DNA from: Octopus sinensis
Lineage: Eukaryota
NCBI RefSeq assembly: GCF_006345805.1
Contig: NC_042998.1
Coordinates: 55,862,001-55,926,000 of the forward strand
Direction: 5' to 3'
Length of the DNA: 64,000 nt
Made by a program: the position numbers and the translations under genes. Every line of letters starts with the position of its first letter. Within the stretch, counting starts at the first letter, position 1. The notes below the pieces were generated by a model that worked only from the letters and a program-made list of their open reading frames with translations, was not told the origin of the DNA and made no database searches. This document shows, piece after piece, positions 11,523 through 23,859 of this stretch.

Positions 11523-11670
11523 CTGTGGCTCCCAACCTTTTCCCTATCAAGAGCCCCTTTTATTTAAATGAGTTTTCCCACAAACCTCAGGATATTGAAA
11601 GGTCTGTCTGCTTAACAGTACTAGCTTTGTGGACCACCAGGGTCCACGGACCACAGGTGGAGAACCATTG
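11523..11670. mobile_element. hAT (Charlie-like) MITE, 148 bp, 8-bp TSD GTCTACAC
   Basis: TIRs CTGTGGCTCCCAACC and GGTGGAGAACCATTG (CAGTGGTTCYCAACC type). GTCTACAC at 11515-11522 and 11671-11678. Confidence 0.85.
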
Positions 11671-12559
11671 GTCTACACCCTCGCTCTATTTTCTGAAATA
11701 ACAGCTAAATCCTTTTAACATCACAACCTACGGTTTAAATAAAACGTAAGACAACGAAGGCATAGAAATAGTTATAGCTAGAATGCTTTCGATCACACGT
11801 CTGCTGCATCAGTATTGGCCATGAGCTTAAACAATTACAGTAACCCGGTAACTACAGTTACAGCATATGCTGGTGTATAAGCCGACTGGGTGCATAAGAA
11901 GACACCTAAAATTTCCTCTTAAAATGTAAGCTTTGAGCTATATTCGCCGAGATTGGTAGAGTGGTGCTGCTTATGACAGGGTGGCAACTAGAGCCATTTT
12001 AAGAAACCCCGTGTTTAAATATTTCAAAGTATCAAGAAATGCGAGGTTTATAATGCTTGGCAAATCATAGAGGGTTTTATCTGTAAACAATGGTAAGACC
12101 ATAGGAGTAATGTGAGTGTTTTAAGCTGGTCCCCATTGCCGTTGGCGATACTCTAAATCACAATATGTTAAATTTCGAATTTTATACTCAGTGTTTAAGA
12201 CGACTCCTTGTTTCGGGATGACGTTTTTAAGGTTCAAATTCCGTCCTCCATACTATATATATATACAGTATTTTAACTTCCACAATTTTTATCGATTACT
12301 TGTTGCAGACGTAAATCTATGCCAGCATCCTCTTACGCTTGATTTTTGATAACTAAACATCTGTCCAACTCGCATCTAGTTTTCAAAATGTTACTAATAA
12401 TCCTAGAATTATGAGTGTCACACATAAAGTAACACCAACATAAAAAAATATGAGTATAAGCTTATCACACAACTATATTTTGTATAAAGGCAACAATTAT
12501 CGCATATTTTTTAATGCATATTATTAAAATGAATGAGCAAAAATAAAAGATATGTAGAG

Positions 12560-13185
12560 TGAATTAATAATTGGTTCAAAATTTGGTAGAAGGACAGAAA
12601 TTTTACGGAAACGAGGCTTGTCGATTATATCGACCGACCCCAGTTTCATACTTTATCTTATCGACCCCGAAAACTGAAAGGCAAAGTTGACCTTTCAGTT
12701 GATTACATATACGCCGGTGCTAATCGGGTACTTATTGCGGTGACCCTGAAATGATGAAAAACAAAGTCGACCCTCACCGAAACTTGAACTCAGAACGTAA
12801 AACAGGAAGAAATACTAGGAAGCATTTTGTCCGGCGTGCTAACGATTCTGCCAACACGCTGCCTTCCCGATAACTAAGCATATACAAACAAAACCTTCAC
12901 ACTTAAATCAGCTTCTATTAAAGCATTTCCGCGCTTATAACCGAATTATTTCTCCTTTCTTTATTTTGTAATATTGGACGCGTTTAAGGTGGTGAGCCGG
13001 CAGAATCATTAGCACGTCGAGAAAAACGCTTAACGGCACTTGGTCCTTTTTCACGTTCTGAGTTCAAATTCCGCTGAAGTCGACTTTGCTTTTGTCCTTT
13101 CGATGCCGAGCACTGGAGTTGATATAATCTACTTTCCCCTCTCCTGAACTAGCTGGCCTTGTGCCAAATTATGAAGCCAATATTG
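12560..13185. mobile_element. Cluster of degenerate tRNA-derived SINEs, family A (central GCCTTTCATCCTTTCGGGGTCGATAA..GTACCAG motif)
   Basis: Partial minus-strand copies at 12560-12890 and a plus copy at 12985-13185 with GAGTTCAAATTCC B-box-like sequence. Confidence 0.7.
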
Positions 13186-13389
13186 AACGTGTTTCATTTA
13201 ATGGTACCAGCATTGACAGACACTCCGCCGATTCAATACATAAAATGAAAGAAAGACAATCGGCGAGATTATGAAGAAATTAATGGTAGTCGAATCAACT
13301 AAGGAACCTCTCAGCCTGTTAAACACAGCAATTAAACATATCTTTAAATCACACATTAACATCTTTAATAAAAAAAATTCCTACAGTCC

Positions 13390-14000
13390 TTTCTACTCTA
13401 GGCACAAGGCCTGAAATTTTTGTGGGAGGGGGCCAGTCGATTATATCGACCCCAGTGCGTAACTGGTATTTAATTTATCAATCCCGAAAGGATGAAAGGC
13501 AAAGTTGACCTCGGCGGAATTTGAACTCAGAACATAAAGACAGACGAAAGACAGACATTTCGCCGGGTGTGCAAACGTTTCTTATTTCTTTATTGCCCAC
13601 AAGGGGCTAAATATATTTGGGACAAACAAGGTCAGACAAACGGATTAAGTCGATTACATCGACCCCAGTGCATAACTGGTACTTATTTAATCGACCCCGA
13701 AAAGATGAAAGGCAAAATCGACCTCGGCGGAATTTGAACTCAGAACGCAACGGCAGACGAAATACCTATTTCTTTACTACCCACAAGGGGCTAAACACAG
13801 AGGAGACAAACAAGGACAGACAAACGGATTAAGTCGATTATATCGATCCCAGTGCGTAACTGGTACTTATTTAATCGACCCCGAAAGGATGAAAGGCAAA
13901 GTCGACTGCGGCTAAATTTGAACTCAGAACGTAGCGGCAGACGAAATACCACTAAACATTTCGTTCGGCGTGCTAGCGTTTCTGCCAGCTCGCCGCCTTT
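13390..14000 (-). mobile_element. Head-to-tail trimer of family A SINE units
   Basis: Three repeats of GTCGATTA.ATCGACCCCAGT...GAAAGGCAAAGTCGACCTCGGCGGAATTTGAACTCAGAAC with a period of roughly 190-220 bp. Confidence 0.85.
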
Positions 14001-14247
14001 TCCTAGATACATTCTGAAAATAAAATGTTCTCAAATACTTTTTATCGTATATTTTCTGGGTCAGGATTCTCGTATGGCTACACATCTGCAGCAACTACTT
14101 GCAAAGGTCTGTGTCACTCAAAGAAAGTGGATAAAAATCAACTCAAAACATAATAAGAATATTAAATTGTAATATTAGGTCATCAAGTACGAAATTTATA
14201 GAAAAGAAAAAAAGTTTGCTAATGTTTTATAAATACAATGAATAGTT

Positions 14248-15233
14248 TTATTCATCAAAGTATGCACCCATATTGTCAATACACTTTTGCCATTTCAGCG
14301 GTAACTTGTCCAGCCCAGAACTATAAAAGCCTGGCAATCTGGAGTCAATAAAATCTTGGAAGACCTGTTTTACCAAATCATCGGAATTAAACTTTTTTCC
14401 TATCAAAAAATTATCCAAATTCTGGAAGAAGTAGTAGTCAGTGGGGGCATGATCAGGTGAGTGTGGTGGATGTTGGAGAACTTCCAACTCCTGTAGCTTT
14501 GCCAATGTCATTTTTGCGGTGTGTAGTCTGGTGTTGTCTCGCAATAAAATGGGAGTGAATGTGTTGACTAATCTGGGCTGTTTTTTTTTCTGCATCATTT
14601 GGTCCAGTTGGCTGCAGTATACTTCGGCCGTGATTGATGAGCCAGGTTTAATGAAATCGGAATGGATCCCACCTACGCCAAACCACCAAACACACACCAT
14701 CAGCTTCTTTTGATGAATTTTACTTTTTGGACTGTGTTTTGGTGGCTCGTCTTTGCCCAGCCATTGTACTGAACGTTTACGGTTGTTGTATTGGATCCAT
14801 TTCTCATCACATGTCACAATTCGATTGAAAAATGATTCATTTTTGTGATGAGAAAGTAGCATAATGCAGGTTTCCAAGCGTTGCTGTTTCTGATTTTCAT
14901 TGAGTTATTGTGGAACCCACTTATCCAACTTGTTCACCTTACCGATTTGAGCTAAATGAGTCAATGTATTTTGCTTGCTAACAGCAAACAACGATAATTT
15001 ACGGGCACTTTGGGATGGATTTGACTCGACGGTTTGTCATTATCTACCTTTGTTTCTGGTCGACCGCGTTGCTCATTTGCGAGGTCAAAGTTATCAGAAC
15101 GAAATTTTGCAAACCAATTTGATACTGTCTGCTGTGTAATAGCATTAGAATGAAATACTCCATTAATATTCCGAAGAAATAAGCAGCCTCTTCTCTGATA
15201 AGACAACTTTTCACAGGAATAATAAGTATACAA
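14248..15233 (-). pseudogene. Mariner (DD34D, SETMAR/Mos1-like) transposase relic
   Basis: IVTCDEKW, LLRDNTRLH, HPPHSPDHAPTDYYFF, LPLKWQKCIDNMGAYFDE. HTH part TVSNWFAKFRSDNFDL..EQRGRP in 14961-15233. Confidence 0.92.
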
Positions 15234-15529
15234 TCAAGTATCCACCAATAGCCCCTTCAGCTATACAAAGCGTACAGTTCACTCGCTACAAGAAAAACAC
15301 GCAACAGGCAGAGTTGTTGCCTATCTCAGTACCTCTTCTCATTCAACAAACATTTCCTCAAATACAAGTTCTATAAATGATTCAAAGGGAACTATATAAG
15401 AGGACCCTGTATAATGAAAATAATTTCGCAACACAAAAAATAGAATCTTATGACACAATACAAAACAGAACATATCAAAGAAGAGATAAATTCAGTCACT
15501 GAAGCATTGAGTTGTATTTTTAGATAATC

Positions 15530-15918
15530 TTTTTAAGAAGCACTCCGTCGGTTTCGACGACGAGGGTTCCGGTTGATCCGATCAACGGAACAGCCTGCTC
15601 GTGAAATTAACGTGTAAGTGGCTGAGCACTCCACAGACACGTGTACCCTTAACGTAGTTCTCAGGGATATTCAGCGTGACACAGAGAGTGACAAGGCCGG
15701 CCCTTTGAAATACAGGTACAACAGAAACAGGAAGTAAGAGTGAGAGAAAGTTGTGGTGAAAGAGTACAGCAGGGATCACCACCATCCCTGCCGGAGCCTC
15801 GTGGAGCTTTTAGGTGTTTTCACTCAATAAACACTCACAACGCCCGGTCTGGGAATCGAAACCGCGATCCTACGACTGCGAGTCCGCTGCCCTAACCACT
15901 GGCCCATTGCACCTCCAC
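15530..15918 (-). mobile_element. tRNA-derived SINE, family C, full length, 11-bp TSD TTTAGATAATC
   Basis: Head GTGGAGGTGCAATGGGCCAGTGGTTAGG...GTTTCGATTCCC. TSD at 15519-15529 and 15919-15929. The 3' ~180 bp is shared with 55371-55704. Confidence 0.88.
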
Positions 15919-16500
15919 TTTAGATAATCAATGTGTAAGTGACAACATAGTGTATCAAGTTATTACAGTTAAAAATGATAAAACGGTTGAAGGTGTCTAA
16001 CTCTGGCCAAAAAGAAAACTCATTTAAGAATATCTCTTTCAAACACCGTGACAAAAAATATACATAAAATGGTATGTCACTCTGAAAATACATTTAGGAA
16101 AAAAAAGACAGACAAGGCAAGTTTATTGATATCACGTGGTCTATCTTGGATGCAGCTACTCTATTGAGTAATGCTTCAAAATGATGCAGTTTATATTCAA
16201 CTGAAAAATATTATGCCATAAACAATTCCACAGTGATAAAGAACAGAAAAAAAAACAGAACCAATCCTTTGTAAACATAATATGAAAACTTTGGTGTCTC
16301 TTTTTAGGATAACAAAGTACTAGTTAGGTCACACATCAAGTGATACAACCATATTATACTGTCTTTTGCTTTTCCAGCTAGTGTGCAAGTCTGCTGAAGA
16401 TTGTTAGGTACAAACGAGAAACCACAGTACGGAAGCAGTTAAAAATAACAAATACATACTTATCGATAAATACATGTATATAAATACACAGACATACATA

Positions 16501-16756
16501 TCTATACATATAAAACACTCTGTGTGTGTGTATGTGTGTGTGTGTGGGTGTGTGTGTTGTGTGTGTGTGTGTGTGTTTCCTCTATGCACGGCCAAACCGC
16601 TGGATCAATCTGTACCAAATTGGGCATGAAGATTTTTCATTACTCGGAGAAGGTTCGGGGGGGGGCAAATTTTGGCCTTTACCCATATAGGAGGCTGTAT
16701 CCGACACCCACTCCCCATACGATCCTTCCGATTTTTTCTTTCATAACGCTGCTTTT

Positions 16757-16850
<94 letters not shown>

Positions 16851-18037
16851 GATCAATCTGTACCGAATTTGACTGTCTGAAAATTACGTTGGTTTTGTTT
16901 TTTGCGTTTTGAAGGAATACGATTCTGAAACGTTTTTTAAGTATGATAATGAAACAAGATGCTTAAAGGAAAAAAAAATACAGTAAGGTTTCTAAATAAC
17001 AAAATGTCTTCATACGGACACACTGCTTATACACTGTAGGATAGCATTCAATTCATACGATAAACTTTACAAATTCTAAAGTTCAATATTCACGTGACAT
17101 AAGTTAGAGATGTCGACATGAGTTATCTAAATAATTGTTCGTGGAATAAAATTAGCTACAGTACACTTGATATTTCATATTTAAATCCGATGTGACTATT
17201 TTTACTTTGATATTGGTCCTACCTCGGATTCGAAATCGAATCTACAATTTCCCCCTTGTCATACGGCCCATTGTTCTGCACGGCCAAACTGCTGGATCAA
17301 TCTATACCAAATTTGGCATGAAGGTTTTTCAATAATCGAGGAAGGTTCTAGTGGGGTCACTAAATTTTAACTGTTTTTCAAAAACAGAAATATGCTTTAC
17401 ATACCTGTCGTATACGTCGGTTTTGTTTTTTCGCTTTAAAGGTAAACGATTCTGATAAAAGCAAACACAATAATGAATAATTCTCCGTCATACGTCAAGG
17501 ACCCCACCTTTTTTTTAAAGTAAAGATAACGCTTTTTAATTGTTATAATGAAACAAGAGGTTTAGTCCTTACCACAAAAATCTCTTGGGAAATATAAGGG
17601 TGACGATATCTTCATTCTACAGATCCTATTAATCCCATCTATCCTCCCCTATAAATTTAAACGGCTCCAGTTTCCAATGAAACTAACTTTTGCTATGTCC
17701 ATAAACAAATCTCAAGCGCAATCTCAAAACTTTGTTGGACTTACCCTTACTTCTCCTTGCTTCTCTCATGGGCAATTATATGTAGCATGTTCGCAAGCTG
17801 GAAGTCCCAAAACTATTTTTCTTTGTACACCAATTAAAGGTCACACTGAAAACATTGTATATTTAGAAGTTCTACAAAATTAAACTGTGATTGATTTTAG
17901 GATTTGTTTTAATAACTTTGTTTATACTCACGACATTTGATAGAATTTTTCTGAAAATATATTTTCTCTCAGAATAAATATATTTATTTCCTTTAACATT
18001 CTTTAAACTTCCGAGTAACGCCGGGAATTTAGGCTAG
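16501..18037 (+). mobile_element. Helitron deletion derivative with intact termini, internal (GT)n and helicase C-terminal remnant
   Basis: A|TCTATACATATAAAAC 5' end. 3' hairpin CCGAGTAACGCCGGG and CTAG|T at 18034-18038. The block GCACGGCCAAAC.GCTGGATCAATCT is duplicated at ~16586 and ~17279. Confidence 0.88.
17584..17883 (+). pseudogene. Helitron PIF1-like helicase C-terminal fragment
   Basis: FKRLQFPMKLTFAMSINKSQAQ...CFSHGQLYVACS...TENIVY, which corresponds to helicase motifs V/VI of Helitron RepHel. Confidence 0.92.
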
Positions 18038-18041
18038 TATA

Positions 18042-18088
<47 letters not shown>

Positions 18089-18176
18089 TATATATAAAAT
18101 TGAAGAAATTGGAGTCAACAAGGAGTATGGTTGAACACATACACGCACACACATACACACACACACACACACACAC

Positions 18177-18230
<54 letters not shown>

Positions 18231-20342
18231 TGTGTCTATATATATATCCCTGTATAAGTCTGTGCTATTTATAAATATAAATTTGGTATAGCACTTTAAA
18301 GAATCAATTAATTAATAGCTTATAAAATATCTTATTCTAAATATCTTAAAGTGATGTAAGACGATATCTACTCATTCATACGCGGCTAAAACGTTTTTAA
18401 ATGGATATGATATTCGATATTGCGGAATGTTTTAACATTTATCACTCCAAGCATATAAACATATAAGGTTAAGAACAAGACGACGATGGATCGTCTATGC
18501 AGTCACAATGTGGTCCTAATAAAATAGCAAACAGATCTCCCTCAAATCAAACCGTATCGACTTACCAAAAAGGGAGAGCGCATTTCGTAATGTAGTCCTA
18601 AATACACAATATATGGATGATAGCAGCAGATTTGATCCAATTTTTCTACATAATCGCTGGATTGTGACTAAACAGCATGCTTATATAGGTTGAATTTTCA
18701 TGTAACTTCTCGAGTTTGTTGATTTTCGTCACTTGTTTTATGTTCTTTCACAGCATCAGTGAATTATAATTCTATGTTATCACCATAAATAGATAAGATC
18801 CGAATAAGATATGTGTGCATGCGTGCATACGCGTCTGTGTGCGTGCGTGCATATGAGTGTGGGAACGTGTGCACGTGTGTGTGTTTTAACTACATCTACA
18901 GAGGCAATACTTGAACACATCATCAGTGTTCTATTCTAGATTATCTGGATGTTACGGGTCTTCCAGCATACAACCTCATAATCTAGTTTAGCCGACCTAA
19001 AGTGATCAAGTCTAGACCTATATCAAATTGACTTTCTCTAACCTCCAGCAAATCCCTTTTTCAAGCAGAACTATCAGGATGCCTTCTCCGTAGCGTCTAT
19101 ATTGTTCTTGATAGCTCTTCTCCTCAATCTGCGCTCTTTTACAACAAAAGTTAAGCCACTGGGTATGGCCCACTTAACTGAGTTATAGCTAAATCATCAT
19201 CCTTCTATATGTCCATTTTGCAAGCGCGACCGTTCAAGAGAAAGCCCGATTCGTACTGTATCAATTATAACTAAGCTACATTAACACTTGCCAGTACAGC
19301 TAACTGTAAGTACGCAAGAAAATACACTGCATAATTGATATATGTTTCGTTGGTTTGAACTAACTTTATTTCTTTGGTCGCCATGATCTCATTTACTAGT
19401 CAGTAGTTCCGATCACCCATTTATAGATACTTCTCATTACGTGTATTATTCTCTTATGAGAATAAGCAGATTGACTAACAGATTCGATTCAGCTAAACTG
19501 TTAACTAATTTGCATTGATCCAGCTTAGCTTCTACCGCAATCCTTTCTTTCTCTTTTACATTTACATTTTTCGCCAACCCCTACGTAGGTTCTCTCACTC
19601 GTACATTGCAGCCCGCCTATATTTCTCTCTTTCATTTTTTGTCCACATACGCGTGCGTGCATGCCCATGACCCAAATAAGAAGATTTAAATCCGGTACTT
19701 TTTATGTCATTCTATCATCTTAAAAAAAAAAACAAGAAAGTGTGGTATATTGGACAATGTAGTTCGAGATAAGTCATAAGCAAACTGCGACCCTGGGACT
19801 TTCTGAAACGTCTAACAAAAAGTTACCTTGAATTTTTGTTGTAGTATGACCCGCTTAATAATGAGCCATGTCTTAGGCGGCTACCTTTCGAAAAAGTTTG
19901 TCCCTACCTATTCTAGATATACAAAAGATTGGAAGGGAAACTGATCATAATTCTACCTGATAAAGATTAACTTGGAGCTAAGCAACGCATACAACTGGTT
20001 CAACCAAAACCTTAAACACAAGCACACACACACACACACACACACACACTCCGCTTTGCTGCTCCAGAATTTTTCAGAGTGGGTACCTCACAAAACCTCT
20101 ACTCCCAACTGAGAGTAGAGGCAAATTTGTTATGATGATCAAGTGTACTGGAAAGTTTCTCCTATCAACTTGTCCCAACACAAACATCACACATACATAC
20201 ATACATACATACATACATACATACATACTACATACATACATACATACATACATGCATGCATGCATGCATGCATGCATGCATACATACATACATACATACA
20301 TACATACATACATACATACATACATACATACATGCATACATA

Positions 20343-21677
20343 CAGGGGAAACACCTTCAAATTTCAAACAAATTTATTTTAATATGGATTAGGACCCCCT
20401 TTGGCAGAAAATACAGCTTGAATTCTACGAGGTATGGACTCGTACCAAGTTTGAATTGTTTCCAAAGGAATTTTTGTCCATTCTTGAGCTAAAACAGTCT
20501 ACAGTTCTTGTAGTGACGATGGTGGAGGATATCGACTCCTTACTTGTTTTTCTAAAATGCACCATAAATATTCAGTAATATTGAAATCTGGGGAGTGTGG
20601 TGGCCAGATAAGATGTTCAACTTCAGTAGAATGTTCCTCATGCCATTTAGTAACAACTTTAGCTGTGTAACTTGAAGCATTATCATCCTGAAATATTGCG
20701 TCTCCCTCCGGAAACAGTACCGCAATCATAGGATGAATTTGATCAGATAAAATGCTTAAATAATCTTGACTATTAATTCTGCCATGAAGGGAAACCATTG
20801 GGCCAGCGGATTTCCAAGATATAGCCCCAAGATCATCTCAGATCCTCATCCACGTTTAACGGTTGGAAGAAGGCAGTCTAGGTCAAATGCTTCTTTAGGC
20901 TGTCTCCACTCGTATACTCGGCCGGTGGTCAGAAATAAGGTAAAGGATGACTCGTCCGAGAATTTACCATTCTTCCACTGCTCTAGAGAACAATTCTGTA
21001 GGTCTTTACTCAACCCTAAACGCCTTGCGACGTTTGTTTTTGAAAGTAATGGTTTTCTGATTGCACCCCTCCCGTGAAATCCGGGTTCGTGCAGCTTCCA
21101 GCAAACAGTTTTTGTGGAAACTGGGTTCTCGAGGTGGTCATTAAGCTCTACAGTAATTTGGGGAGCTGTAGTTTTGTGATCCTTTTTAGCAATTCGCATA
21201 ACAGTCTGATGGTCCCTATCTGAAAGTTTTGGTTTTCTTCTGGAGTTTTTTTTCGACGAGGAGGTTTTTCCCTCTTTCTCAAAGGCTGTCATTACTTTCA
21301 AGACAGTACTTCTTGATACACCAAACATTTCGGCTGTTTTCGTTACGCTGGCGCCTGCCATACAAGCACCAACAATTTGACCTCTTTGAAAGTCCGACAG
21401 ATCTGTCAGTGTAATGAATTTTAATTACCTTTTTGGGGTGATATCTGAAAAGAAACAGCAATTTTAGCAAAACATATCAAGCAACACTAATAATAAATCA
21501 GAAAACATAAAAATAAACAAGCTGTTGACGGTTTTATAGATTATTTACATTATTTATATTTGACGGATATTTGTCCTCATCTTGTTTGTTGTTAACACAA
21601 CATTTCGGCTGATATACCCTTCAGCCTGTCTTGGGGAAATTCGAACCTGGGTTCTCATTCCTAAGGGTTTTTTTCGA

Positions 21678-21718
<41 letters not shown>

Positions 21719-21970
21719 TATTATTATTATTATTATTATTATTATCATCATCATTAGTATTATTAGTATTATTCAGGTCACTGCTTGGAATCGAACTCGG
21801 AATCTTAGGATTAGTAGCCCGCGCTCTTAACCCCAAGACGAGGACAAAGATCCGAGAAATGTAAATAAAGTATATAATTCCTCATCTCTTTAATATAGAA
21901 CTGTTTTATAGATATTTCAAAATTATGATGCTATGATGCCAGGTGTTTCCATTATTTTGTCCAACCCCTG
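20343..21970 (-). mobile_element. Tc1-like transposon relic (DD36E spacing) with TIRs, carrying an insertion at 21542-21902
   Basis: ORFs 20846-21361 (HTH, FSDESSF) and 20499-20798 (FQDDNA...WPPHSPDFNITE). Right TIR GGTGTTTCCATTATTTTGTCCAACCCCTG at 21942-21970; the left end TA|CAGGGGAAACACC has an internal deletion. Confidence 0.88.
21542..21902 (-). mobile_element. tRNA-headed element with internal (AAT)n and Penelope-type terminus; inverted/forward bipartite insertion, 11-bp TSD GTTTTATAGAT
   Basis: B box GAGTTCGATTCC on the minus strand at 21787-21798. The tail matches 33186-33316. The orientation switches at ~21835. TSD at 21531-21541 and 21903-21913. Confidence 0.75.
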
Positions 21971-22142
21971 GACATACAAAAATACCCTGTTAATGTTGTT
22001 GAATTCCAATGAAGGAGCCTTGGATCTAGTTTAGAAACCGGCTCTTTCTCTATTGGCAAAAAATCTTGAAATTAAACTGAATTATGACATACATATATGT
22101 ATTTGTGAGCATGTGTGTAAGTATATAGTGCAAAGGTTATAT

Positions 22143-22780
22143 ATGTGCTGCCCACTGTGGTCTCCTCACACAAGACAAAACATCTCCAGAATTGAGTCAC
22201 CCCAGAGGGCATTCACTAAACAAATTGAAGGCATGGCTGCTCTCGATTATTGGGATCGCCTTAAAGCCTTGAATCTTTACTCCCTCCAGCGTCGCCGTGA
22301 GCGGTACATCATTTGTACGATGTGGAAAATATACCGCCAACTTTGCCCAAACGACCTAAACATTAGCTTCAAGGTTCATCCAAGACTTGGACCACGGGCT
22401 ATACGTCCCCTGCCCAATTCAAGATCACAACATACATGTACACTGCAACATAATTTCTTTTCCTCAACAGGCCCTGCCCTATTTAACATTGTCTCGAGGG
22501 AGATCAAAGAGGAAAAGGATCCCATCAACTTTAAACAGAGTCTGGATAGATTCCTTCAAAGAATACCAGATAAGCCACCCATAATTGGATACAACTCACC
22601 CAACAAGAACTCACTACTTGAACAAAACTGGATACAACTCACCCAACAAGAACTCACTACTTGAACAAAACTTGACTTAAACAGGATTCGAATAATCCTA
22701 TCAGGTGGTGCTATTAAGTTAGACATGGCCTGGACCAATCTTTGGTCGAAACATATCTAAGTTTATCTAAGTCTAAGTTT
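22143..22780 (+). mobile_element. CR1/L2-group LINE 3' fragment
   Basis: CCPLWSPH..., LDYWDRLKALNLYSLQRRRERY, FK..LDRFL..IPDKP. A 3'UTR stem-loop and ATCTAAGTT-type tandem tail follow. Homologous to 57930-59425. Confidence 0.9.
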
Positions 22781-23006
22781 ATGTAATGATGCTTTAATAA
22801 ATAAAAATGCCTTAATCCATCTCTCCTATTTTATTCTGGTCTCGGATATAGATTATACATTATTCAAATGTATATAATAACAAAAGAAAATCCGGGGAGA
22901 ATTAATGTTCAATATTCGATTGGAATTTGTATATACAGGGATTTTTACATGAAGTTCTAAGCAATACTTCATTGTTATGTTGTCTCATTGGAAATACCAA
23001 TTCTTC

Positions 23007-23097
<91 letters not shown>

Positions 23098-23111
23098 GTA
23101 GCAGATATAAC

Positions 23112-23225
23112 GGTTGGTTGGTTGGTTGGTTGGTTGGTTGGTTGGTTGGTTAGCTGGCTGGTTGGCTGGTTGGTTGGTTGGTTGGTTGGTTGGTTGGTTG
23201 GTTGGTTGGTTGGTTGGTTGGTTGG
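23112..23225. repeat. (GGTT)n tetranucleotide microsatellite
   Basis: Directly visible. Confidence 0.95.
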
Positions 23226-23329
23226 TTTTTTTCTAGTCACACTTTATATCATATAGAAAGAGGGGGTAGGATCAGTAAAAGAGAGATACGAAGATAGTTA
23301 ACATAAGAAGTAAAGGAGGAGTGAATATA

Positions 23330-23555
23330 CGAGTGAATGCTGAAAGGTCCCTGGGTTTATGGGTTTCGCGAAAGGCCTGGCTGGAGGCTCAAACTTCAGA
23401 GTTCTTTTACAGGGCTTAGAAAAACTGAATGACTGCAGCAATAAGTGAGTGAATCTGAGAGGGGAATATGTTGAATAAAATCATAATTAACTGATCCTCT
23501 TGTATTTATTTTTTTTTTTTTTACCCAAAGCCAGAAACTTTTCCGCATCCTCTCG
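23330..23555 (+). mobile_element. Mariner-derived MITE
   Basis: Imperfect TIRs TA|CGAGTGAATGCTGAAAGGTCCCTGGGTTT and AAAGCCAGAAACTTTTCCGCATCCTCTCG. Internal mariner C-terminal remnant GLEKL...LRGEYVE*. Confidence 0.75.
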
Positions 23556-23859
23556 TGCGAAGCGTAGTGGCAAGCAATAAAATCTTTCTGAAATATACAT
23601 TTCTTAATGAAATTTTGCAGAAACTGGTTTTCGATAGAGCCGATTGATATGATATTGGAAAAAAATTAATTACAATAGTAACATATATCTATTGCAAAAA
23701 TGAAAAATATGATTTATTTTATATTATAGTAATAAATAATTTTCTGTTGAAAATTAGTATTCATTTTATCAATCTGTAAATTCACTACAATTTTGCTAAA
23801 AATTAAACTGTAATTATTATATGCATGCTATATTTTCTGATATTACTCATAATCTTTTC

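Noticed and set aside
13390-14000. CRISPR-like repeat array
   Set aside because: The units are long SINE monomers without unique spacers; the context is eukaryotic and no cas genes are present.
22725-22760. GACCA/TGGTC stem followed by GAAAC in the CR1 tails (also ~59390)
   Set aside because: No CUGANGA core; better explained as the usual LINE 3' recognition stem-loop.
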